NCBI RefSeq assembly: GCF_007748075.1
Contig: NZ_CP036280.1
Coordinates: forward strand, 1,230,001 to 1,262,000
DNA: 32,000 nt
Source of the DNA: Mucisphaera calidilacus
GTDB taxonomy: Bacteria; Planctomycetota; Phycisphaerae; Phycisphaerales; Phycisphaeraceae
Direction of reading: 5' to 3'
The translations under genes were made by a program, and so were the position numbers. Positions 1 to 8,832 of this stretch are shown in pieces. The notes under the pieces were generated by a model that saw only the letters and a program-made list of their open reading frames with translations, was not told where the DNA came from and ran no database searches. How positions within the stretch are numbered: position 1 is the first letter of the stretch; every line of letters starts with the position of its first letter.

Positions 1-747
1 GTACTGCTGGTAGTTGCCGGGGAACTCGACCATGCGTCCGCGTTCGAGCTCGTAGATCTTGGTGACCACGCGGTCGAGCATCCATCGGTCGTGGCTGATG
101 AGGATGACCGCGCCCTCGTACCCGCCGAGGAACTGCTCGAGCCACTGTCGTCCGGCGATGTCGAGGTGGTTGGTCGGCTCGTCGAGCAGGAGGATGTCGG
201 GCCCGCTGAGCAGGAGCTTGGCGAGGGCGAGTCGGCCGCGCTGTCCGCCGGAGAGGTCGCGGACCTTGACGTCGAAGGTCTGCTTCTCGATGCCCAGGCC
301 CATCAGGATTTCTTCGACGCGGTGGTCGACGGCGTACCCGCCCATGGACTCGATGCGGTGCTCGATGCGTTCGTAGCGTTTGAGCAGGACCTCGAGTTCG
401 TCGCCCTGGGCGGAGGCCATCTGTTCGGCGACGTCGCCCAGGTCGTCGTGGAGCTGGTCGAGGGTCTCGAAGGCGGTGCGGGCTTCTTCGAGGAGTGTTT
501 TGTCGACGTCGAGGTTGGGGTCCTGGTGGAGGTAGCCGGCGATGGTGCCGCGTGCGAGCTGGATCTGGCCGGCTTCGGGTTCCTGCTTCTCGAGGCCGGC
601 GACGAGGCGGAGGAGCGTAGACTTGCCGCAGCCGTTGCGTCCGACGAGGCCGACGTGCTCGCCGGCTGCGACGGAGATATTGACGCCATCGAGGATGATG
701 CGTTCGCCGTAGCCGAAGACGAGGTTGGCGACCGTGAGCAGACTCAT
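1..747 (-). CDS. ABC-F family ATPase (translation-factor-type ABC protein), N-terminal part; gene continues beyond window start
   Basis: Reverse translation from ATG (747-745) gives MSLLTVANLVFGYGERIILDGVNISVAAGEHVGLVGRNGCGKSTLL (Walker A). Later come LSGGQRGRLALAKLL (ABC signature) and ILLLDEPTNHLD (Walker B). Absent from the ORF track because it runs off the window edge. Confidence 0.85.
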   Translation of the reverse strand, partial: MSLLTVANLVFGYGERIILDGVNISVAAGEHVGLVGRNGCGKSTLLRLVAGLEKQEPEAGQIQLARGTIAGYLHQDPNLDVDKTLLEEARTAFETLDQLHDDLGDVAEQMASAQGDELEVLLKRYERIEHRIESMGGYAVDHRVEEILMGLGIEKQTFDVKVRDLSGGQRGRLALAKLLLSGPDILLLDEPTNHLDIAGRQWLEQFLGGYEGAVILISHDRWMLDRVVTKIYELERGRMVEFPGNYQQY

Positions 748-775
748 GGGGCGGGGGTTCCGGGGCTGAACGAAG

Positions 776-805
776 CCGAGCCGGCGCTGGGTGGCACCGG
801 CTCGG
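776..805 (-). terminator. Hairpin downstream of fusA: 9-bp perfect stem ccgagccgg/ccggctcgg with a 12-nt loop
   Basis: Perfect inverted repeat 776-784 / 797-805, starting 30 nt after the fusA stop. On the minus strand it is followed by the moderately U-rich cuucguuc. Confidence 0.4.
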
Positions 806-835
806 TGAGAGGGTCACATCATAGATCGTCCGGGC

Positions 836-2977
836 TTACTTCTTCTGGAGGCCTTCCATGATCTGGGTGGCGATGTTGGCCGGGACCGGGCGGTAGTCGA
901 GGGGTTCCATGGCGTAGCTTGCACGGCCCTGGGTCATGCCACGGAGTGTGTTGGAGTAGCCGAACATCTCCGAGAGGGGTGCCTCGGCGGTGAGGAGCCG
1001 GGTGTTGCCCCGTTCCTCGTCGCCGACGATCAGGGCACGGCGTCGGTTCATGTCGCCGGTGATGTTGCCGAAGAACTCGTCGGGGGTGGTGACGACGACC
1101 TTCATGAAGGGCTCGAGGAGCTGGAGTCCTGCCTTGCGGGTGGCGTCCTTGAAGGCGAGGGTGCCGGCCTGTTCGAAGGCGATCTGCGAGGAGTCGACGT
1201 CGTGGTAGGAGCCGTCGACGAGGGTGACCTTGACGCCGAGGAGCGGGTAGCCGGCGAGGACGCCTGACTTGGCGGTCTCGCGGCAGCCGACGGCGACGGA
1301 GGGGATGTATTCCTTGGGGATGGCACCGCCGACGACCTTGTTCTCGAAGGCGACGCCGTCTCTCCAGTCGAGTTCGGCTTCCTCGGCCTGCTGCTCGGTG
1401 AAGGGCTCGACCTGGATCGTACAGTCGCCGAACTGTCCGCGGCCGCCGGTCTGCTTCTTGTGGGTGCCGCGAGCCTCGGCGGAGCCTGCGATCGACTCCT
1501 TATAGGCGACGCGGGGCTGGCCGACGTTGACGCCGATCTTCATGTCGCGGGAGATCTTGGTGGTGAGGATTTCGAGGTGCAGCTCACCCATGCCGGCGAT
1601 GATGGTCTCGCCGGTCTCTTCGTCGTAGTGGCTCTGGAAGGAGGGGTCTTCGCGGCGGATGGTGCCGAGCGCGTTGGCGAGCTTCTCCTTGTCGCCCTGC
1701 GAGGCGGGCTCGATGGACATGGAGATGACGGGCTCGGGGAACTCCATGCGGTCGAGCACGATGGGGTCGTCGGGTGAGCAGAGCGTCTCGCCGGTCATGG
1801 ACTGCTTGAGCCCGACGACGGCGACGATCTCGCCGGCCTCGGCGGTCTCGCGTGCGATGCGGTCCTTGGAGTGCATCTCGAAGATGCGGCTGACGATCTC
1901 GCGCTTGCCGTTGTTGGAGTTGAGGACGCGGGTGCCCTTCTCGAGGACGCCGGAGTAGATGCGGCAGTAGGTCAGGTCGCCGTGCTGGTCGTTGACGATC
2001 TTGAAGACGAGCAGCGACAGCGGAGCGTCCTTGTCGTGGGGGCGGGTGAGTTTTTGCTCGGCGTCTTTGGGGTCGGTGCCCTGGACCTCGGGGACCTCGG
2101 TGGGGTTGGGCAGGTAGTCGACGACGCCGTCGAGCAGACGCTGGACGCCGATGTTCTGGAGGGCGGAGCCGCAGAAGACGGGGTGGGCTTTCTGCTCGAT
2201 GGTGGCCTTGCGCAGGACGCGTTTGATCTCGTCGACGGTGATCTCTTCCTCCATGAGGAACTTCTCGGTGAGGCTGTCGTCGAGTTCGGCGACCTTCTCG
2301 ATGAGGTCGTGTCGCCGCTGGTCGGCCTCTTCGCGGAGGTTGTCGGGGATGTCCGCCTCGGTGACGGTCATGCCCTTGTCTTCCTTGGAGAAGTAGAAGG
2401 CCTTCATGGTGAGCAGGTCGATCACGCCCTCGAACTCGTCGCCGGCGCCGATGGGCATCTGGACGGCGATGGCGGGTGCGCCGAGGCGCTCGTGGATGGT
2501 GTCGAAGGAGAAGGCGAAGTCGGCGCCGAGCTTGTCCATCTTGTTGACGAAGCAGATACGGGGCACGCCGTAGCGGTCGGCCTGCCGCCAGACGGTCTCG
2601 GACTGAGCCTCGACGCCCTCCTTGCCGTCGAAGACGACGACGGCGCCGTCGAGGACACGCATGGATCGTTCGACTTCCATGGTGAAGTCGACGTGTCCGG
2701 GCGTGTCGATGAGGTTCATGGTGTATTCGACGCCATCTTTGGTCCAGGGGCAGGTGGTGGCGGCGGACTGGATGGTGATGCCGCGCTGCTGCTCGTCTTC
2801 GAGGTGGTCCATGGTGGCGGTGCCCTCGTGGACCTCGCCGATCTTGTAGGACTTGCCGGTGTAATAGAGGACGCGTTCGGTGACGGTCGTCTTGCCGGCG
2901 TCGATGTGGGCACAGACACCGAAGTTTCGGAACGTTGCGAGTTTGGACGCGCTGGCACTGGCAGAGATGGTGGTCAT
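836..2977 (-). CDS. fusA: Elongation factor G (divergent, stand-alone copy)
   Basis: 713-aa ORF with AHIDAGKTT (G1), [13 protein letters not shown] (G3), NKMD (G4) and EF-G domains III-V through to the C-terminus. AAGGTAAGG lies just upstream of the ATG. Confidence 0.95.
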   Translation of the reverse strand: MTTISASASASKLATFRNFGVCAHIDAGKTTVTERVLYYTGKSYKIGEVHEGTATMDHLEDEQQRGITIQSAATTCPWTKDGVEYTMNLIDTPGHVDFTMEVERSMRVLDGAVVVFDGKEGVEAQSETVWRQADRYGVPRICFVNKMDKLGADFAFSFDTIHERLGAPAIAVQMPIGAGDEFEGVIDLLTMKAFYFSKEDKGMTVTEADIPDNLREEADQRRHDLIEKVAELDDSLTEKFLMEEEITVDEIKRVLRKATIEQKAHPVFCGSALQNIGVQRLLDGVVDYLPNPTEVPEVQGTDPKDAEQKLTRPHDKDAPLSLLVFKIVNDQHGDLTYCRIYSGVLEKGTRVLNSNNGKREIVSRIFEMHSKDRIARETAEAGEIVAVVGLKQSMTGETLCSPDDPIVLDRMEFPEPVISMSIEPASQGDKEKLANALGTIRREDPSFQSHYDEETGETIIAGMGELHLEILTTKISRDMKIGVNVGQPRVAYKESIAGSAEARGTHKKQTGGRGQFGDCTIQVEPFTEQQAEEAELDWRDGVAFENKVVGGAIPKEYIPSVAVGCRETAKSGVLAGYPLLGVKVTLVDGSYHDVDSSQIAFEQAGTLAFKDATRKAGLQLLEPFMKVVVTTPDEFFGNITGDMNRRRALIVGDEERGNTRLLTAEAPLSEMFGYSNTLRGMTQGRASYAMEPLDYRPVPANIATQIMEGLQKK

Positions 2978-3089
2978 GGCCTTACCTTAATTGCCGACGG
3001 CGTCGTGCCGACGGTCTCATCCTCGGATACCCCTTGGGCCAACGGCATCGACCGGGAGGCCATGGGGGGCGAGTTGCTCCTGAACCAAG

Positions 3090-3120
3090 AAAAAAGCCTT
3101 CCGCACACGGGCCCGGGAGG
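3090..3120 (-). terminator. Possible intrinsic terminator or attenuator: GC-rich imperfect stem followed by U6 on the minus strand
   Basis: Minus-strand RNA reads ccucccgggcccgugugcggaaggc-uuuuuu; the A6 run on plus is 3090-3095. The stem ccuccc/ggaagg has one mismatch. This is the only T6 run after a GC-rich structure in this intergenic region. Confidence 0.25.
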
Positions 3121-3175
3121 ACCCGGTTCGGGTCGGTGTGTGACCGCTGAACCGGTGAGCGGAGGCGAATCGCAA

Positions 3176-3203
3176 ATCCTACCCGTTCAGCGTCCTACGT
3201 CAA
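3176..3203 (-). promoter_or_regulatory. Sigma70-like promoter candidate: TTGACG, 16-nt spacer, TAGGAT
   Basis: Minus strand reads ttgacg (3203-3198), a 16-nt spacer, then taggat (3181-3176). It lies between the mutL stop and the fusA start and points toward fusA. Confidence 0.25.
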
Positions 3204-3278
3204 GCATCGGACAGGCCCGTGGGGCGGTTGAATGCCCCCAAAAGACGTTAGGGTCTTGTGAGCGAAGCCCCCGTTTTG

Positions 3279-5144
3279 TCAGGACCGCCCGAATTGACGC
3301 TCGAGGTCCCTGAGTGAGAGTCGGAGCGTCGTAGGCCGTCCGTGGGGGCAGCGGCTGGAGCGTTCGACCTTGTCGCGTTGCTCGAGGAGCGAGGAGAGTT
3401 CCTCTGCGGAGAGTTGGTCGCCTGCCTTGACGGCGGCCTTGCAGGCCATCAGGTCGAGAACCTCGTGGAGGGCCGATTCTTCGGCGGTGGCGTCGTCGGC
3501 CTTGAGTTTGCCCGAGGCGGCCAGGTCCAGCAGCGAGCGGACGAAGGGTTCGGGTTCGACTTTGCGTGAGACCAGCAGGCTGGGGAAGGCGTGGACGCCG
3601 ACGGCGCGGGGGCCGATCGGCTCGATCTCCATGCCGACGCGGGCCAGCAGGGGCGCGAGGTCGTTGAGCAGGTCGATCTCGCCCGGCTCGGCGGCGACGG
3701 TGACGGGCATGAGCATCCGCTGGGTTTCCAGGGGTTTTTCCTCGCCGAGCACGCGGTCGAGGAGTGTCTCGAACATGACCCGTTCGTGCAGGGCGTGCTG
3801 GTCGACGATGACCAGTCCCTCGTCGTCCTCGGTCACGACGTAGCTGCCGTGGACCTGCAGGATCGGGGTTGATTTTCCGTAGGCACGGCCGTCCTGAAGC
3901 GGGGCGTGGTCGTGTGGTTCTTCCGGTCGCGTCTCGGCACGCGGCTCGATGCGTTCGACCTCCTGCATCACCATGCGTCGCTGGACCGGCTCCATCTGCT
4001 TGAAGTAGTCGACGAAGGCGCGGACCGGCTCGCTGGATGCGCTCGCGTCCTGTGTGCCGAGGCTCAGCGTCGAAGAGCCGGGCTGCGGGGGCGATCCTGA
4101 CCAGCCGGCCAGCGTGCGTTCGAGGCTGGCGGGCGCGGTGAGGTCGGTGCCGAGCAGACGCTGGCGGATGGTTGAGAGGACCGCGCCGTGGACCGCGGAG
4201 GGCTCGTGGAATCGGACCTCGGCCTTGGTGGGGTGGACGTTGACGTCGACCTTGTCGGCGGGGAGGTCGACCATCACGATCACGACGGGGTGCCTGTCGT
4301 TGGCGAGCAGGCCGCGGTAGGCCTCGCGGATGGCGTGGCCGAGGTTGCGGTCGCGGACGGGCCTGCCGTTGACGTAGACGTACTGCTGGCGTGCGGTGGG
4401 TCGTGCGATGTCGGGCATGCCGGCGAGTCCCCAGACGCTGACGTCGCCGTGGGGCGGCGCGGGGCTGTCGAAGGTCAGCAGTCCCTCGGCGAGGTCGTTG
4501 CCGAGGATGGCCAGGCAGCGGTCTTCGCGGCTGGCCGCGGGCAGATCGAGGGCGGTGCGTGTGTTGTGGTGCAGGGTCCAGTGGACGTGGGGGTGGGCCA
4601 TCGCGGTGCGCACGAAGGCGTCGTGGCAGTGGCCGTACTCGGTGCCGGGTGTGCGGAGAAATTTGCGACGTGCGGGGACGTTGAAGAAGAGGTCGCGGAT
4701 CTCGATGGTGGTCCCGCCCGGCGCGGCGCAGGGTTGGGGGGGTGACTCCGAGCCACCCTCACTGCGGATGGTGGTGGCGTCGGCGTCGGGCTGCTCGGCG
4801 GGTCGGCTGGTGATGCGGACCCTGGCGACGCTGGCGATCGAGGCGAGCGCCTCGCCGCGGAAGCCGAGGGTGCCGATGGACTCGAGGTCTTCTGATTCGG
4901 TGATCTTGCTGGTGGCGTGGGGCGTGAGGGCGAGGGTGAGGCTGTCGCCGGTCATGCCATGCCCGTCGTCGTGGACGCGGATGAGCTGGGTTCCGCCCTG
5001 TTCGAGGGTGACTTCGATGCGTGTGGCCCCGGCGTCGAGGCTGTTCTCGATCAGCTCCTTGACGACGGAGGCGGGACGCTCGATCACCTCCCCGGCGGCG
5101 ATCTGGTTCACGAGGACTGGGGGCAGTTTGCGGATCGTGGGCAC
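3279..5144 (-). CDS. mutL: DNA mismatch repair protein MutL
   Basis: GTG start gives VPTIRKLPPVLVNQIAAGEVIERPASVVKELIENSLDAGATRIEV (GHKL ATPase N-terminus). GFRGEAL is present, and the C-terminal endonuclease region ends in CPHGRPT. The 851-aa track ORF is an upstream over-extension. Confidence 0.9.
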   Translation of the reverse strand: MPTIRKLPPVLVNQIAAGEVIERPASVVKELIENSLDAGATRIEVTLEQGGTQLIRVHDDGHGMTGDSLTLALTPHATSKITESEDLESIGTLGFRGEALASIASVARVRITSRPAEQPDADATTIRSEGGSESPPQPCAAPGGTTIEIRDLFFNVPARRKFLRTPGTEYGHCHDAFVRTAMAHPHVHWTLHHNTRTALDLPAASREDRCLAILGNDLAEGLLTFDSPAPPHGDVSVWGLAGMPDIARPTARQQYVYVNGRPVRDRNLGHAIREAYRGLLANDRHPVVIVMVDLPADKVDVNVHPTKAEVRFHEPSAVHGAVLSTIRQRLLGTDLTAPASLERTLAGWSGSPPQPGSSTLSLGTQDASASSEPVRAFVDYFKQMEPVQRRMVMQEVERIEPRAETRPEEPHDHAPLQDGRAYGKSTPILQVHGSYVVTEDDEGLVIVDQHALHERVMFETLLDRVLGEEKPLETQRMLMPVTVAAEPGEIDLLNDLAPLLARVGMEIEPIGPRAVGVHAFPSLLVSRKVEPEPFVRSLLDLAASGKLKADDATAEESALHEVLDLMACKAAVKAGDQLSAEELSSLLEQRDKVERSSRCPHGRPTTLRLSLRDLERQFGRS

Positions 5145-5162
5145 GGCCTTATCGTAGCGACC

Positions 5163-5816
5163 ATGACCGCTCTCAACGCCGATGATGTTGTGCTCTTCCA
5201 GGGGGATTCGATCACCGATGCGGCGCGCGATCGGGATCGGACGAAGGCGAATGACCCCGAGGGGCTGGGGCTGGGATACGTGCGGATGGTCAGCGCCCGC
5301 CTGCTGACCGACCTGCCGGGCATCCGCATGTTCAACCGGGGCGTCAGCGGCGACCGGATCGAGCACCTGCGTGCCCGGTGGCGGGCTGATGCGCTGGAGC
5401 TCAAGCCGTCGGTGCTGAGCCTGATGATCGGCGTGAACGACACGTGGCACGGCCTGTCGCCGGACAACAACGAGGTTCCGACGCCCTACGACGTCTTCGA
5501 GGAGACGTATCGGCTGATTCTCGATCAGCTTCGCGAAGCGGTGCCCGAGTTGCGGCTGCTGCTGGCCGAGCCGTTCGTGCTGCCGTGTGGCGCGGGTCAG
5601 GACCTGCCGATGCGGAGTAATCTTGATCCCCGTCGGGAGATCGTGCACAAGCTGGCCACGGAGTACGACGCGACGCTGATCCACTACCAGGACGTATTTG
5701 ACGAGGCGCTGGAGCGTGCCGAGGCGACGTACTGGGCCGAGGATGGCGTGCACCCGAGTCTGGCCGGTCACCGGTTGATGGCCGACGCGTGGCTGGCCGC
5801 TGCAGCGGAGCTCTGA
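5163..5816 (+). CDS. SGNH/GDSL-family hydrolase (lipase or esterase-like)
   Basis: MTALNADDVVLFQGDSITDA (block I GDS), NRGVSGD (block II), GVNDTWH (block III) and DGVHPS (block V DxxH). The ATG at 5163 is in frame within track ORF 4917..5816. Confidence 0.8.
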   Translation: MTALNADDVVLFQGDSITDAARDRDRTKANDPEGLGLGYVRMVSARLLTDLPGIRMFNRGVSGDRIEHLRARWRADALELKPSVLSLMIGVNDTWHGLSPDNNEVPTPYDVFEETYRLILDQLREAVPELRLLLAEPFVLPCGAGQDLPMRSNLDPRREIVHKLATEYDATLIHYQDVFDEALERAEATYWAEDGVHPSLAGHRLMADAWLAAAAEL

Positions 5817-5827
5817 ATCCACCCGTG

Positions 5828-6667
5828 ATGACACCCGATGAGCCGAGCGTCCAGCGGCTGCTGGCGATGTCCGGGCTGCACCCGAAGAAGGCGCTCGGTC
5901 AGAACTTTCTGATTGACAGGCATCACCTCCAGCGCATCGTTGAGGCGGCGGAGTTGTCGCGTGGTGATCGTGTGGTCGAGGTCGGTCCGGGTACGGGTGT
6001 GCTGACCGCGTGTCTGCTCGAAGCCGGTGTCAGCGTCGTCGCGGTGGAGTTCGACCGTGATCTCGAGCCGCTGCTGCGCGAGCGCTTCGGCGAAGACGGT
6101 GAGCGATTCAGGCTGATCATCGGCGATGCGCTCGACGGCAAGCACGGTCTGAATCCGGGTCTGCTTGAGGCGGTCGGTGATCAAGCCTTCTCGATGGTGG
6201 CGAACCTGCCGTACCAGATCGCGTCGCCGTTGCTGATCAACCTGGCGATCCAGACGCCGGGGATGCGGCGGGCGGTCGTGATGATCCAGAGGGAAGTGGC
6301 GGACCGGATTGCTGCGGGCCCGGGGAGCAAGACGTATGGCGTGCTGAGCATCCTGCTGCAGGCGGCGTTCGAGGTCGAGAAGATCAGCCGCGTGCCGCCG
6401 GGCTGTTTCTATCCGTCCCCTAAGATCGATTCCGCGGTGATCCGACTCAGGCGGCTGGCCGAGCCGCGGGTTGGGGATCTTGAGGGGTTTGGGTGCTTTC
6501 TGCACCGGCTCTTTTCGCAGCGGCGCAAGCAGGTCGGATCGGTACTGGGCCGCGATCTCGCGTGGCCCGATGGCTTGACGCCAGAGTCTCGGCCGGAGCA
6601 GATCGGGATTGACGACCTGGTCCGGCTTTACAAGGTTGTGCTGGATCAGGGGAACAAGCGAGGCTAG
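5828..6667 (+). CDS. rsmA: 16S rRNA (adenine1518/1519-N6)-dimethyltransferase RsmA/KsgA
   Basis: KKALGQNFLID motif, SAM-binding VVEVGPGTGVLT, NLPYQIASPLL. The start at 5828 is chosen because it follows the upstream stop at 5816. Confidence 0.9.
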   Translation: MTPDEPSVQRLLAMSGLHPKKALGQNFLIDRHHLQRIVEAAELSRGDRVVEVGPGTGVLTACLLEAGVSVVAVEFDRDLEPLLRERFGEDGERFRLIIGDALDGKHGLNPGLLEAVGDQAFSMVANLPYQIASPLLINLAIQTPGMRRAVVMIQREVADRIAAGPGSKTYGVLSILLQAAFEVEKISRVPPGCFYPSPKIDSAVIRLRRLAEPRVGDLEGFGCFLHRLFSQRRKQVGSVLGRDLAWPDGLTPESRPEQIGIDDLVRLYKVVLDQGNKRG

Positions 6668-6718
6668 AGTCAGGTTGTCTCGCGGGAAGCACGGACGGAC
6701 CTGACGCGGAGTATCTGA

Positions 6719-7456
6719 ATGCCTAAGACGCTGGTGGCGATCCCCGTTTACAACGAACAGAAGTATGTCGAGCCGGTCCTCAGCCGGGTGAGTGCGTTCG
6801 CCAACGACGTCCTGGTTGTGGACGATGGCTCGTCCGACGAGACGCCGACGCTGCTGGCGAAACAGCCGGTGGACGTGATCCGACACAAGACCAACCTCGG
6901 CTACGGGCGGTCGATCCGCGATGCGTTCCGGTGGGCACAGTGCTATCGATACGACTGGCTGATCACGATGGACTGCGACGAGCAGCACGAGCCGTCGAGC
7001 CTGCCGGATTTCTACAACGCGATCGAGCAGGACGGTGCCGACGTGCTCTCGGGCAGCCGTTATCTCGATCCGGAGGTTTCGGGCGACCCGCCTCCCGCCG
7101 ATCGGCGTGCGATCAACACGGAGGTCACGCGTTGGGTCAACGAGCGGCTCGGCCTTCAGATCACCGATGCGTTCTGCGGTTTCAAGGCGTATCGTGTTTC
7201 GGCGCTCAAGAGTTTTACGCTGGATGTGGACGGTTACGCGATCCCGCTCCAGTTCTGGGTGCAGTCCGCGGCGGCGGGGCTTCGCGTGACCGAGGTGCCG
7301 ATCCGGCTTATTTATAACGACCCGACCCGGAGTTTCGGCGGGCCGCTGGACGACCCGACCACGCGGCTGGATCATTACCGCGAGGTGTTCCGCGATGAGA
7401 TCGCCAAGCACCCGGAACTCGTGCGTGCCTCTGCCTGTTCCTGTGTGGCCGGATAA
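6719..7456 (+). CDS. Family 2 glycosyltransferase (polyprenol-phosphate sugar transferase-like)
   Basis: VAIPVYNEQKYV, VVDDGSSDET and MDCDEQH (DxD-type), in a 245-aa single-domain protein. Confidence 0.85.
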   Translation: MPKTLVAIPVYNEQKYVEPVLSRVSAFANDVLVVDDGSSDETPTLLAKQPVDVIRHKTNLGYGRSIRDAFRWAQCYRYDWLITMDCDEQHEPSSLPDFYNAIEQDGADVLSGSRYLDPEVSGDPPPADRRAINTEVTRWVNERLGLQITDAFCGFKAYRVSALKSFTLDVDGYAIPLQFWVQSAAAGLRVTEVPIRLIYNDPTRSFGGPLDDPTTRLDHYREVFRDEIAKHPELVRASACSCVAG

Positions 7457-7461
7457 CCAGC

Positions 7462-8832
7462 GTGATGAATCATCGGGGCCCGAGTGTGCGCATCGACGGT
7501 CTGCCCGAGGCCATGGATAGTCGTGCGTTCGCGGATGTTGATGTGCTTGAGTCGATCGTCAATCGGTACGCCGATGAACTGGGTACCGGGCGGATGGAGC
7601 GGTTGCGTGGCCCGCTGATCGCGACCGGGCATCAGGCTTATCTCTATCACCCCGGGATCCTCGCGAAGGACCTGCTGCTGCGCGAGGCACGCGAGTCTGG
7701 GGCGTCGGTGCTGCACGTGGTGGTGGATCAGGATGCGCACGACGTGTGGGGTGTCGATCTGCCCGAGGTGCGGGGCGACAGGCTGACGGTCCGGCACGTG
7801 CGGCTGGCTCGCGATGAACCGACGCTTGCCACCGGGGTGCGTGATGCTGTGCGGCCGAGTGTCGACGCGGCAGCACCGCTGCTGAAGACACCGGAGTCGC
7901 TGCCGGGTGATTCGGTTGCCCAGCAGATGACGGCTTGGCTGGCGCGGCTGCGGTGGGGCGGCGACAACCCGCTGCCGGTGCTGTTCGTGTCGGACCTCGA
8001 TGCGTTGCCGACGTATTGGCAGCTGGTGCGTGAACTCGTGGATGATGCGCCGGCTGCGGTTCGGGCCTACAACAAGGCGTGCATGGCACATCCCGAAGCG
8101 GGGATGAGTCTCTTGGCAGAGAGCGCGGAGCTGGTGGAGGTCCCGCTCTGGGCGGTCAGGTATGGCGAGCCCCGACAGCGGGTTTTCGTGGATGTCGCCG
8201 ACCGTCAGCACCAGATGGTTCTGGCTGACGGAACGCCTTTGGGTGATGACGCCTCGGTCTGGCCGCGTGCCCTGATGCTGACGGCTTATCTGCGAGCCTC
8301 GCTGGTGAGTCTATTCGTTCACGGGACGGGTGGGCACGTCTATGACCGGATCACGGAGCGGTGGTGGCGAGCGTGGCGCGGCGAGACGCTCGCGCCGGAA
8401 GCGATGGTGACGGCCGACGCCTATCTGGATTTTCCCACGCCTGTCAACGATACGAAGGACCTGCGCGACGCGGTCTGGTGGCGGCACCACCTTCCCCACA
8501 ATCTCGATCGTCATGTGGACGGGGTTGATCCGGACCTGGCGTCGGAGAAGCGTGGGCTTCTGAGCGCGATGCCCGCGATGGATCGGTCAGGCCGGCGTCA
8601 GGCTTTTGAGCGGCTGCACCGGATCAACGATCGGCTTGCGGCGACGCATGCCGATGAGCTGCGAGATGCTGACCGGCGTCTTGAGCGGACGCGGGTGGGT
8701 ATAAGCAATCGTGAGATTGCCCGTCGTCGTGACTGGTTCTTCGGCCTCTATCCCGATGCGCAGCTTGAGGGGATCGCGGATGAGCTGCGTGTCGACGCGC
8801 AGCGTCTGCTCGGCGTAGGATCGCGGGTATGA
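7462..8832 (+). CDS. Conserved hypothetical protein with BshC-like motif pattern
   Basis: 456-aa ORF whose stop overlaps the larB start (ATGA). Motifs ATGHQAYLYHPGILAK, VVVDQDAHDV and WPRALMLTAYLRASLVSLFVHGTGGHVYD follow the order and spacing I recall for BshC: GGQQAGLLTGPLYTIHK, AGEDHDLDE and TRPLMQE..AGPGEINYW. The similarity is remote. Confidence 0.65.
   Translation: MMNHRGPSVRIDGLPEAMDSRAFADVDVLESIVNRYADELGTGRMERLRGPLIATGHQAYLYHPGILAKDLLLREARESGASVLHVVVDQDAHDVWGVDLPEVRGDRLTVRHVRLARDEPTLATGVRDAVRPSVDAAAPLLKTPESLPGDSVAQQMTAWLARLRWGGDNPLPVLFVSDLDALPTYWQLVRELVDDAPAAVRAYNKACMAHPEAGMSLLAESAELVEVPLWAVRYGEPRQRVFVDVADRQHQMVLADGTPLGDDASVWPRALMLTAYLRASLVSLFVHGTGGHVYDRITERWWRAWRGETLAPEAMVTADAYLDFPTPVNDTKDLRDAVWWRHHLPHNLDRHVDGVDPDLASEKRGLLSAMPAMDRSGRRQAFERLHRINDRLAATHADELRDADRRLERTRVGISNREIARRRDWFFGLYPDAQLEGIADELRVDAQRLLGVGSRV

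Noticed and set aside
91-861. 256-aa + strand ORF at the window start
   Set aside because: Its Gly/Asp/Glu/Val/Ala-rich composition is typical of the antisense frame of GC-rich genes. The opposite strand encodes a clear ABC-F ATPase with Walker A, signature and Walker B motifs.
2993-3014. Direct repeat gccgacgg-N6-gccgacgg in the fusA 5' region
   Set aside because: Only 8 nt, GC-rich and present just twice. Chance occurrence is plausible, and I saw no matching copies elsewhere in the window.
3102-3142. tRNA-like ggttcgggtc (T-loop-like) sequence flanked by cacac/gtgtg
   Set aside because: The hairpin loop is 3-5 nt rather than a 7-nt T-loop. No D-arm, anticodon arm or 7-bp acceptor stem can be drawn, and the whole element is only about 40 nt.
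1871-3313. 480-aa + strand ORF overlapping fusA
   Set aside because: Antisense shadow of EF-G with no motifs. It runs through the fusA promoter region.
5145-5834. N-terminal 230-aa extension of the 851-aa track ORF (3279..5834, minus)
   Set aside because: The extension is Arg/Gln/His/Pro-rich antisense-type sequence opposite the well-supported GDSL hydrolase. The conserved MutL N-terminus (LPPVLVNQIAAGEV) begins right after the GTG at 5144.
5768-7411. 547-aa minus-strand ORF opposite rsmA and the GT2 gene
   Set aside because: Arg/Pro/His-rich shadow ORF. The + strand carries two proteins with clear family motifs.
7375-8211. 278-aa minus-strand ORF opposite the 456-aa unknown gene
   Set aside because: Very Arg/His/Pro/Gln-rich with no motif. 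The + strand ORF is much longer, is translationally coupled to larB, and has coding-like composition. This is less certain than the other shadow calls because the + strand protein is itself uncharacterised.
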